A stretch of DNA of 64,000 bases from Trueperaceae bacterium (GCA_965215565.1 CBDCDZ010000004.1:1376001-1440000), one strand, 5' to 3'. Counted from the stretch's first letter, positions 30,295 to 37,499 are shown. Translations and numbers: made by a program. Notes: generated by a model not told the origin, from the sequence alone.

Positions 30295-31233
30295 TTATCC
30301 TTTCACTGCCCCCGCCGTCATCCCTTGGATGATTTGCTTCGCCGCGAAGAAGGTGATGATAAGGGGCGGAATCGCAATCAGGCTCCCCACCGCCATCATC
30401 TCACCCCACAGTACGCCGCTGTCGCGGATAAATTCGGAGGCAAAGACGGGCAGCGTTTTCGTATAGCGGCTCGTCAAGAAGAGTGCCAAGATGAACTCGT
30501 TCCAAGCGATGCGAAAGGTGAAAATCGCCGAGACTGCGAAGCCTCCACTGATGAGCGGAAAGATGACACGGAACAGGACCTGTAAGAGACTCGCGCCGTC
30601 TACGATGGCGGCTTCTTCGAGTTCTACCGGAATCTGCTGGATGAAGCCAAACAAGAGCCATACGGAGAAAGGAAGATTGAGCGCCGTATAAAAGAGCATC
30701 AAGCCGAGCTGCGAACCGTCGAAGAGGTCGCCGCGCCCGAGACCGTTTGGCAGACTGAAGCGCACCCCTTCCACCGCGTCGCCGATGCCCCACGAAATCC
30801 AAAAGCCAATGACCGCCACCGCGATAACTGCAGGCGGAATCATACGAATGACGAGCGTCGTTTGCGCGATGATGCCACGCCCCGGGAAGCGCATCCGCGC
30901 GAGCGCGAACGCCGCCATGCCCGCTGTTAAGAGCGTGAAAAAGGTCGAGCCCAGCGCGATAACGAGCGACGAGATGAGGTAAGGAATCATGCGGTAGGTG
31001 GTAATGACTTCCGTATAGTTGCTGACTGTGGGCATGAAAATCCAGCGCGGAACCCGCGACTGAATCTCTACCGGAAGTTTCAAAGAGGTCGCGAACATGA
31101 CGAAGATGGGTGCGAGGGTGACGAGCGCGAGTGTCACGAGTGCAATGTAGCGCCACACGTCGCCGCTCTTGGGGCTCGAGCGTTTCGCCCTGCGCTCCCG
31201 CTGCTCCAAACCTCTTTCTACTGTCCGCTGCAC
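30295..31233 (-). CDS. Carbohydrate ABC transporter permease
   Basis: EAA motif LEEAAIVDGA; AWNEF. Confidence 0.92.
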   Translation of the reverse strand: MQRTVERGLEQRERRAKRSSPKSGDVWRYIALVTLALVTLAPIFVMFATSLKLPVEIQSRVPRWIFMPTVSNYTEVITTYRMIPYLISSLVIALGSTFFTLLTAGMAAFALARMRFPGRGIIAQTTLVIRMIPPAVIAVAVIGFWISWGIGDAVEGVRFSLPNGLGRGDLFDGSQLGLMLFYTALNLPFSVWLLFGFIQQIPVELEEAAIVDGASLLQVLFRVIFPLISGGFAVSAIFTFRIAWNEFILALFLTSRYTKTLPVFASEFIRDSGVLWGEMMAVGSLIAIPPLIITFFAAKQIIQGMTAGAVKG

Positions 31234-31234
31234 C

Positions 31235-32143
31235 TTAAATCTCCCTGTCCTTGAGCGGATTGTTGTAGAGCATCAGCAAGATGCTGAGAACAATCAAGAT
31301 GACGCTTAAAAGCACGGCGATGGTCGCGGCGTAGCCCAAGTCATTCGAGGTAAAGGCGGTTTGGAAAAGGAGAAGGGACAGGACTCGAGTCGAACTCCCC
31401 GGACCGCCGTTCGTCATGATGTAGATGACCTCTAAAGCCCTAAACACGTCGATAATCCGCATCAGCAGGGCAATCAACAAGATATTGCGCATCATCGGCA
31501 GTTTGATACGCCACGTCATCTGGAGCCAGTTTGCGCCGTCGATTTTGGAGGCTTCGATGATATTCGAAGGTAAACCCTGCAAACCCGCCAGCGCAATCAT
31601 GAAGATAAAGGGCGTCCACTGCCACACGTCGCTGATGACAATGGAAAACATCGCCAGCGCGGGGTCAGCGAGCCACTCTTGCCTGTCGAAGCCTAAGGTT
31701 TGCAAGAAAGGCAGGGCGTCGCCAATCGCCTCGAGGTAATAGTTAATCACGCCGTTACGTGCGTCGAGTAGATAGCGCCAGATGAGCCCAACGACGATGG
31801 GCGCGATCATAAGAGGTAAAACGAAAATCGTGCGAAAGAACGACGCACCTCTTACGGGTTGCTCTAAGAGCAGCGCCAAGCCGACGCCGATGATCATCTC
31901 GAGCAAGACCACCCAAAAGCCGAACAAGAAGGTCACGCGCACCGCGTTCCATACGGTTGGGTCGCTCAGGAGCCGGCGGAAGTTGCGAAAGCCCAGGTAA
32001 TCCTTCGCCGCCCACGCCTCGCCAAAGTCCCAGTCGTAAAAGCTCAGCACGAGCGAGTTGTACAAGGGGACCATCAGCCCGAGCGCCAGGATGGTCACAG
32101 CGGGGAGGAGAAACAAATAGGGGACGAAGCGGTTTGTTCTCAT
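31235..32143 (-). CDS. Carbohydrate ABC transporter permease
   Basis: DVWQWTPF; EASKIDGA. Confidence 0.92.
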   Translation of the reverse strand: MRTNRFVPYLFLLPAVTILALGLMVPLYNSLVLSFYDWDFGEAWAAKDYLGFRNFRRLLSDPTVWNAVRVTFLFGFWVVLLEMIIGVGLALLLEQPVRGASFFRTIFVLPLMIAPIVVGLIWRYLLDARNGVINYYLEAIGDALPFLQTLGFDRQEWLADPALAMFSIVISDVWQWTPFIFMIALAGLQGLPSNIIEASKIDGANWLQMTWRIKLPMMRNILLIALLMRIIDVFRALEVIYIMTNGGPGSSTRVLSLLLFQTAFTSNDLGYAATIAVLLSVILIVLSILLMLYNNPLKDREI

Positions 32144-32260
32144 AAAGTTTTCTCGTGGGTTCTTCCGTGTGAAATTCTGCGGTTATGGAGCATTAAGAAC
32201 CTTAGATATTTGGGGGATTTCTTTTGGTGTGGGCTCGGGGGACGAGGTGGGCGGCGCGTA

Positions 32261-32288
32261 GTAGGGGCGATTCATGAATCGCCCCTAC
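32261..32288. repeat. GTAG-type REP-like palindrome
   Basis: GTAGGGGCGATTCATGAATCGCCCCTAC perfect palindrome; variant at 35545-35572. Confidence 0.75.
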
Positions 32289-32328
32289 GGAGTAGCGCAG
32301 CATTACAATTGCAGTTGATGCGACGCCC

Positions 32329-33666
32329 TTACTGGTCCGTCCAGCTATAGTAGCCCTCACGTGCCAAAAGCTCGCGAATGCGCTCGTTCGCGCTGTTCAT
32401 CGCTTCGGCGATGGATTTTTGTCCGGTCAAGGCGGCGGAGATTTCCTCACCCAAGATGGGCGCGTTCATAGCGGGCCACTCGGGAATGAGCGGACGCCAG
32501 TCGGGGTCGGCGCACTCTAACTGCTCTAACACAACTGGAAACTCGGGGCGCATCGCCTGAAGCTCCTCGTTCGCAAGCGTGGACATCCTCATCGGATTAC
32601 CACCCGCTTCTACCACCATCTGGTCGCCCATCTTGCTCGTGAACCACTGGATAAAGAGCCACGCGGCTTCCTTGTTCTCTGAATTCGAGGGAATCCCCAT
32701 TGCGAAGCCGCCCGTCTCGCTGCCGCACTCGGCGGCGGTGGGGTGGAGCGCGTAGCCGACGTTGCCGACAATCGTGGAGGTCTCGGGATTATCCGCCATC
32801 GGCGCAATCGCCATGCGGTCTAGGTAAATCGCGGCGTCACCCTGCAAAAAGGCGGCGTCTTGCTCGCCTGCGCCGTTGGCTTCTGCGCCTGGGGGGGCGT
32901 TCTCGAGGATCGTCTTGAGCACCTGCGCCGCTTCAATCGCCTCGGGGCTATTCACCACCGGGTTAAAGTTGTCGTCCAAAACCGTCCCGCCCAAAGGCGA
33001 GAGGTGGAGGAGCCAAGCGTGCACCACTTGGTGCCCCGCCGAGCCGCGCGTCGTGATGCCGTAGACATCGGGAACGTTCTCGGTGATAAACGCAGCCGTT
33101 TCTAAAAGCTCGTCATACGTAGTAGGGACCTCTAAGTCGTACTCCTCGAAGATGTCCGTGCGGTACGCCAAGATGCTCGTCTCGGGGCTGAAAGGAATGC
33201 CGTAAAGGGACGCGCCGGGACCATCCAAGTACCCTTTACGCCCACCGGACTTGCCGCCGTTCGTGAGGTAAGCCGGAACGACGTCCTCGATGTCATAGTC
33301 GGGCATGGAGAGGCGCGGGTCGTTCAAAAAGGGCGCGAGCGGTGTAAGCCAGCCGTTGTCCACGTATTCATTCTTGGTGAAGACCACCCAAGAGACGACA
33401 TCTAAGTCACCCGAGTTGGGCTTAGAAATTTCGGTAATCTGGCGGTCTTTCATGTTGAGGTACTGGGTCAAGTCGAGTTCGACCTCGATGCCCGTCTCCT
33501 CGGTGAACTGCGGGATGAGCGTGGCGGCGTTTTCGAAGTGCGCCAGCGCGGGCCAGCTCACTACAATCGTCGTGCCGTCAAACTCCTCGTAAGGCTGGGC
33601 GAAGCTAAAGCTTAATAAAGAGGTCAGTCCCACCACTAACAAGAGAACTTCGCGGACGTGCGTCAT
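32329..33666 (-). CDS. Sugar ABC transporter substrate-binding protein
   Basis: Signal peptide; LYGIPF, PTTYDEL and KEAAWLFIQW motifs. Confidence 0.92.
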   Translation of the reverse strand: MTHVREVLLLVVGLTSLLSFSFAQPYEEFDGTTIVVSWPALAHFENAATLIPQFTEETGIEVELDLTQYLNMKDRQITEISKPNSGDLDVVSWVVFTKNEYVDNGWLTPLAPFLNDPRLSMPDYDIEDVVPAYLTNGGKSGGRKGYLDGPGASLYGIPFSPETSILAYRTDIFEEYDLEVPTTYDELLETAAFITENVPDVYGITTRGSAGHQVVHAWLLHLSPLGGTVLDDNFNPVVNSPEAIEAAQVLKTILENAPPGAEANGAGEQDAAFLQGDAAIYLDRMAIAPMADNPETSTIVGNVGYALHPTAAECGSETGGFAMGIPSNSENKEAAWLFIQWFTSKMGDQMVVEAGGNPMRMSTLANEELQAMRPEFPVVLEQLECADPDWRPLIPEWPAMNAPILGEEISAALTGQKSIAEAMNSANERIRELLAREGYYSWTDQ

Positions 33667-33805
33667 CTTTTCTCCTTTGCTGCCGTGCCTCTATTCGTGC
33701 ACCGCGCGTGCTACCTAATTTTTGTGTGCCCAAAACAGTATAAGTTATCTTTTTCACTACCAACGTTATCCCCGTCTACGATTGCTGTCGCCGACTATCA
33801 CCTCT

Positions 33806-34870
33806 CTATAAAAGCGCCTTGAAGGGCAAGTCGGGCTCTTCACTAAACGCATCTTCGAAGCCGCGCCGATAGTTGAACACGAGCCTATCTTTGTCCACGG
33901 GGTGCGTATATCTGCCGCCGACTTGCCAGATGAAGGGCTTAAAAGCGTATTGATGACGCTCACGGCGCATCTTCCAAAGCGTCAAAATCTCGTCTGTATT
34001 CGCCTGAAAGTTCGTCCAGATGTCGTGATGCACGGGGATGACCACTTCAGCGTCCAGTCCTTCCGCCATCTTCAAGAGGTCCACAGCCGTCATCTTGTCG
34101 GTCATGCCGCGCGGATTATCCCCGAACGAGCCGAGCGCCACGTCGATGTGGTGATCGTTGCCGTGCTTCGTGTAGTAGTTCGAATAGTGCGAGTCGCCGC
34201 TATGATAGAGATTGCCACCGGACGTCTTAACGAGGTAGTTGACCGCACGCTCGTCCATCTCCAAAACGGGCTGGTCTTTAAGGGTTACGTCAGCGGTTGT
34301 CGTGACGAGTTCGGTGCGGTCGAAGGATTCGAGCACAACAAGCTCCACGTCCTTAATCTGCAACGTATCACCCGGTTTCACCACCACGCACCGCTCCTCG
34401 GGCACGCCCCAAGCTAGCCACTTGTCCACACAGGTGCGCGGTCCGATGAACTGTACGGACGGGTCGCAGTTCTGCATCACGGCGGCGGCGACGTTCGGGT
34501 CGATGTGGTCGCTGTGGTCGTGGGTGGCGAGCACGGCGTCTATCTCGCGGACGGCGAAGGGGTCCAAGACGCAGACCGAGTTGCGCAAGTTCGGCTGGAT
34601 GAGCTTCGCGCCAATCGCGCGGCGGTGCTGATGCCCTTCGCGCATCGTTTTGACCTTTTGCGTGCGCTTGCCGCTGCCTACCCAGAGATCGAAACAGAGG
34701 TTCGCACCGCCCTCGGTTTTAAGCCAGATGCCCGTGCAGCCCAGCCACCACATCGCGAAGGTGCCGGGGTCAACCTCGGTTTGCTCAATCTCTTCGTTGA
34801 GCCACGTGCCCCACTCGGGAAAGGTGTCTAAAATCCAAGATTCCCTGGTGATTTCGTCTACTTTGCTCAA
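33806..34870 (-). CDS. ulaG: L-ascorbate 6-phosphate lactonase
   Basis: [58 protein letters not shown]. Confidence 0.95.
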   Translation of the reverse strand: MSKVDEITRESWILDTFPEWGTWLNEEIEQTEVDPGTFAMWWLGCTGIWLKTEGGANLCFDLWVGSGKRTQKVKTMREGHQHRRAIGAKLIQPNLRNSVCVLDPFAVREIDAVLATHDHSDHIDPNVAAAVMQNCDPSVQFIGPRTCVDKWLAWGVPEERCVVVKPGDTLQIKDVELVVLESFDRTELVTTTADVTLKDQPVLEMDERAVNYLVKTSGGNLYHSGDSHYSNYYTKHGNDHHIDVALGSFGDNPRGMTDKMTAVDLLKMAEGLDAEVVIPVHHDIWTNFQANTDEILTLWKMRRERHQYAFKPFIWQVGGRYTHPVDKDRLVFNYRRGFEDAFSEEPDLPFKALL

Positions 34871-35005
34871 ACTTCACCTCTTGCTGTCTGCGTCTATCAA
34901 TCTGCCGCTAGAGAAGGCGTTTTTCTTGAATAGGGCACTCGAGTTTATATGTTCACAAACAGAATATCGACTCAGCAGAGGCACGTCAACACATCTACTC
35001 ATAAT

Positions 35006-35023
35006 TTTGCACATATGTTCAAA
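35006..35023. promoter_or_regulatory. Palindromic operator upstream of ulaG
   Basis: TTTGCACATATGTTCAAA near-perfect palindrome; a further ATATGTTCA half-site near 34947. Confidence 0.65.
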
Positions 35024-35203
35024 TGCTCAGTAGTCCAGCGTGATACCCTTTCCGGTTGATTCCTAAAAGAATCAACCCAAGCGTAGCGAGTAGAAACAGC
35101 GACGGATTCCGGTGAGTAACGGAATCCGTATGAGATATACCTCTTGGGTCTCGAGACAATTTTCATCTTGAGATTTCGGCTAGAATCCTATGCTGGGGCA
35201 ATT

Positions 35204-35539
35204 ATGAATAGACCTATGAACAATCCTCCAAACCTAGACCACTTCCGGGGCACGCGGCGCAGCATCTTAACGCTTATATGCGGCGTCGCGATCGGCTTCG
35301 CGGCGAGTTCCGACACACCGCTTCTCTTGGGCGTCGCCTGGCTCTTCGCCGCGTTCGCTTACGCTGAAAAAAGCTACCTTGACGAGCAGTACTCGAGGGC
35401 CATCACACTGTGGACGCTCGGCGTCGCCGGCTTAGCGGGAGCGCTGCTGGTGCAGCAGCAGTATCTGGCGGGAGCCATACTTGGCGCGTTAGCGGCAGGT
35501 TACGCGCTGCAAGCCTGGCGGGAGAGGGCGCAAGTGTAG
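35204..35539 (+). CDS. Small membrane protein
   Basis: About four hydrophobic segments; start uncertain (35204 or 35216). Confidence 0.65.
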   Translation: MNRPMNNPPNLDHFRGTRRSILTLICGVAIGFAASSDTPLLLGVAWLFAAFAYAEKSYLDEQYSRAITLWTLGVAGLAGALLVQQQYLAGAILGALAAGYALQAWRERAQV

Positions 35540-35544
35540 CAAAT

Positions 35545-35572
35545 GCAGGGGCGATTCATAAGTCGCCCCTGC
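35545..35572. repeat. REP-like palindrome, copy 2
   Basis: GCAGGGGCGATTCATAAGTCGCCCCTGC; compensatory changes relative to the 32261 copy. Confidence 0.7.
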
Positions 35573-35655
35573 ACCGCGCAATCCCTCGTTAGGGAAGATA
35601 ATTGTGCGAAATTCAAAGAGGTTGAACAATACCCGCTTAATGAAGATTGTGGTGC

Positions 35656-35684
35656 TTGACACTCTACGTGAGGTTTGCTACACT
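35656..35684 (+). promoter_or_regulatory. Sigma70-type promoter of the RNA array
   Basis: TTGACA-17 nt-TACACT, ending 8 nt before the first Y-like RNA. Confidence 0.85.
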
Positions 35685-35692
35685 TCTAATTC

Positions 35693-35760
35693 GCGGACCG
35701 AAGAGACTTCGTTACCTGACTTTCCCTCAGACCTAACCCGAAGTTTCATGCCTCGTCCGC
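35693..35760 (+). ncRNA. Y RNA-like unit Y1 (minimal, no tRNA module)
   Basis: GCGGAC-C-GA/TC-GTCCGC bulged helix; AGACTTCG/CGAAGTTT stem; CCGA-N9-GTTACC; pyrimidine-rich loop. Confidence 0.75.
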
Positions 35761-35978
35761 CAATCTTTGAGAAAGGGAGACACTCACCGCTTGTGAGGTC
35801 GTGGACGCTATGAATAAACATTTTGTACAACCCGAACACGGCTCCATCCTGAGCGCCGAGTCCACCTGGTTACTCCAGCGTGATTCGCGGCGAGCATAAG
35901 GATATTAAGGTGAGTTGGACCCTTCGAATACTCTTAACCCCTAAAAACTGAATAGTACTCACCTTAATTTGGAGCAAT

Positions 35979-36115
35979 AAACGGGCCGAAGATGTTTCGT
36001 TATCTTGACTATGGAGTCCTGCAGGTTCAAATCCTGCCTCATCTTCGGATGAGTGGCGGAACTGGTAGACGCGAGAGAGCTTAGCTCTTATCGAAACGTC
36101 ATCCCTTGCCCGTTT
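35979..36115 (+). ncRNA. Y RNA-like unit Y2 (YrlA-like, permuted class II/Leu-like tRNA module)
   Basis: AAACGGGC-C-GA/TT-GCCCGTTT; T arm GCAGG-TTCAAAT-CCTGC; acceptor CTCATC-TTCG-GATGAG; D arm GGCGGAACTGGTAGACGC. Confidence 0.88.
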
Positions 36116-36231
36116 TTATAAGCAGTCCTACTGCATGTCTTGAAGACAATGCGAGTGCCACCACTGAATAAGCAGATCGGTGTGGCGCTTCTCATCTCAA
36201 AAATATGCGTAGGCAGAGGATACTTATGTCT

Positions 36232-36479
36232 GAAGGAGTTGCCTAAATGGGAGGGCGCAGCAAAAACATTCGGAGGCTGTCGCAAGCAGCGGGAGTACGA
36301 CTTGCTCTTTGGACGGGCGCATCGCGCCTAAACGTCTGAAGTGTGAGGTGCACGCCACAAGGTTTACAGATTGCACCTATAGCGGCCTACGGAAGTAGGT
36401 GGGACAAAGCAGCAAGGGAAGCAGGTTTTCCAAGGTGTGCTTTGCGTACTCTGTGCGGGTTCGAGTCCCGTCTCCTTCA
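36232..36479 (+). ncRNA. tRNA-like RNA with a very large structured insertion
   Basis: Acceptor GAAGGAG/CTCCTTC; D arm GCCT-AAATGGGA-GGGC; T arm GCGGG-TTCGAGT-CCCGT; ~195 nt of multi-hairpin sequence between the D and T arms. Confidence 0.75.
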
Positions 36480-36532
36480 CTACTAGCACTGAGGTTTTTC
36501 GTCTTCTATTACGCTTATGGAGTTATTCGTCA

Positions 36533-36708
36533 GATGGACCGAAGAGGTTTCGTTGTCGCACCCGTCAGGATTATGGTTCGCGGCTGAGCGGTAGGGCGCT
36601 GCAACTCGAGCAGAACCAAGTAAGGCGAAAGGCTGCGCTTGCCCTAGTTGCAGAGAGGGTTCGAGTCCCCCAGTTCACAATCTAGCGGAGCTTCACACCT
36701 TGTCCATC
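36533..36708 (+). ncRNA. Y RNA-like unit Y3 (non-permuted tRNA-like module)
   Basis: GATGGAC-C-GA/TT-GTCCATC; CCGA-N9-GTTGTC; CTGCAACT/AGTTGCAG stem followed by T-loop GGG-TTCGAGT-CCC. Confidence 0.75.
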
Positions 36709-36720
36709 CTTATTACGTTT

Positions 36721-36793
36721 GGTGCCATCGTTTAGCGGTCTAGGACTCGAGCCTTTCACGTTCGCAACAGGGGTTCAAATCCCCTTGGCACTA
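36721..36793 (+). tRNA. tRNA-Glu (TTC)
   Basis: GGTGCCA/TGGCACT; anticodon arm CGAGC-CT-TTC-AC-GTTCG; T arm AGGGG-TTCAAAT-CCCCT; CCA not encoded. Confidence 0.9.
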
Positions 36794-36810
36794 TCAAACT
36801 CCTCGCTTAT

Positions 36811-36942
36811 ATGTGGGCCGAAGCGTGTCCGTTATCGACTTCTAATCGGCGGGTCGCGGGTTCGAATCCTGCCTGACACCATGCGTGGTGTCAGTAGCTC
36901 AGTGGCAGAGCAGCTTTCGGGCATACACAATCTTGCCCACAT
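36811..36942 (+). ncRNA. Y RNA-like unit Y4 containing a circularly permuted tRNA-Arg(TCT)-like module
   Basis: ATGTGGGC-C-GA/TT-GCCCACAT; CGA-CT-TCT-AA-TCGGC; T arm GCGGG-TTCGAAT-CCTGC; acceptor CTGACACCA-TGCG-TGGTGTCAG; D arm GCTC-AGTGGCA-GAGC. Confidence 0.9.
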
Positions 36943-36946
36943 CTTT

Positions 36947-37020
36947 AGCGCCATCGTCTAACGGCAAGACTCGAGACTTTGACTCTCGTAATAGAGGTTC
37001 GAATCCTCTTGGCGCTTCCA
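36947..37020 (+). tRNA. tRNA-Gln (TTG)
   Basis: AGCGCCA/TGGCGCT; CGAGA-CT-TTG-AC-TCTCG; T arm AGAGG-TTCGAAT-CCTCT; encoded CCA. Confidence 0.93.
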
Positions 37021-37034
37021 TATTCTTCTCGCCT

Positions 37035-37108
37035 GGTGCCATCGTCTAACGGCAGGATTCCTGGTTCTTACCCAGAGGATAGAGGTTCGAATCCTCTTGG
37101 CACCACCA
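37035..37108 (+). tRNA. tRNA with CTT (Lys) anticodon on a Glu/Gln-type body
   Basis: GGTGCCA/TGGCACC; CCTGG-TT-CTT-AC-CCAGA (C27-A43 mismatch); 4-nt variable loop; encoded CCA. Confidence 0.82.
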
Positions 37109-37109
37109 C

Positions 37110-37237
37110 AACTAAGCCGAAGGGCGTTCGTTATCGGTCAGAGCCCCCGAAAGGGGAGGTCGCTGGTTCAACTCCAGCCTAGCCGCAAGGCTCAGTAGCT
37201 CAGGGAAACAACGCGAATGTCCACCCCTTGCTTAGTT
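37110..37237 (+). ncRNA. Y RNA-like unit Y5 (tRNA module opened in the D loop)
   Basis: AACTAAGC-C-GA/TT-GCTTAGTT; TCGGTCAGAGC, CCCC-GAAA-GGGG, AGGTC, T arm GCTGG-TTCAACT-CCAGC, AGCC-GCAA-GGCT, TAGCTCAG. Confidence 0.87.
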
Positions 37238-37248
37238 TTTCTATCAAG

Positions 37249-37490
37249 AGCGAGCCGATTGGGTTTCGTTATCGCCTGTCACGCTGGCGGTGCAGGTTCA
37301 GGAGCCTTCAGCAGCAGATGCTAACTGGTTATAGATGCGCTGGGTTCATAACGGGATGCTACCCGTCGCGTGGACTGCTCCCGCTAGATGCTGATGACTC
37401 CTTCCCACCTAGCGAGAGCTAGTCGTCTAATGGTTAGGACACCAAGTCGGAAGCAATCTCGACATACCGGAGCCCGCCACCTTGCTCGCT
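37249..37490 (+). ncRNA. Y RNA-like unit Y6 with a permuted tRNA-Asp(GTC)-like module and ~100-nt T-loop insertion
   Basis: AGCGAGC-C-GA/TT-GCTCGCT; GC-CT-GTC-AC-GCTGG; CTAGC-GAGA-GCTAG; D arm GTCT-AATGGTTA-GGAC then A-CCA. Confidence 0.82.
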
Positions 37491-37499
37491 TTATTTTGT

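Noticed and set aside
36232..36479. tmRNA or group I intron-containing tRNA
   Set aside because: It has a D stem, no G3-U70 pair and no convincing tag ending in Ala-Ala; no group I core (P7/S) sequence was recognisable by eye
37035..37108. Ochre suppressor (TTA anticodon) reading
   Set aside because: The stem register CCTGG/CCAGA places CTT, not TTA, at positions 34-36
35604..37422. Short ORFs listed across the RNA array (e.g. 36140-36331, 36437-36685, 36719-36961, 36979-37182, 37228-37422)
   Set aside because: They lack an RBS and protein motifs and overlap clear tRNA or Y-RNA structures; best explained as spurious
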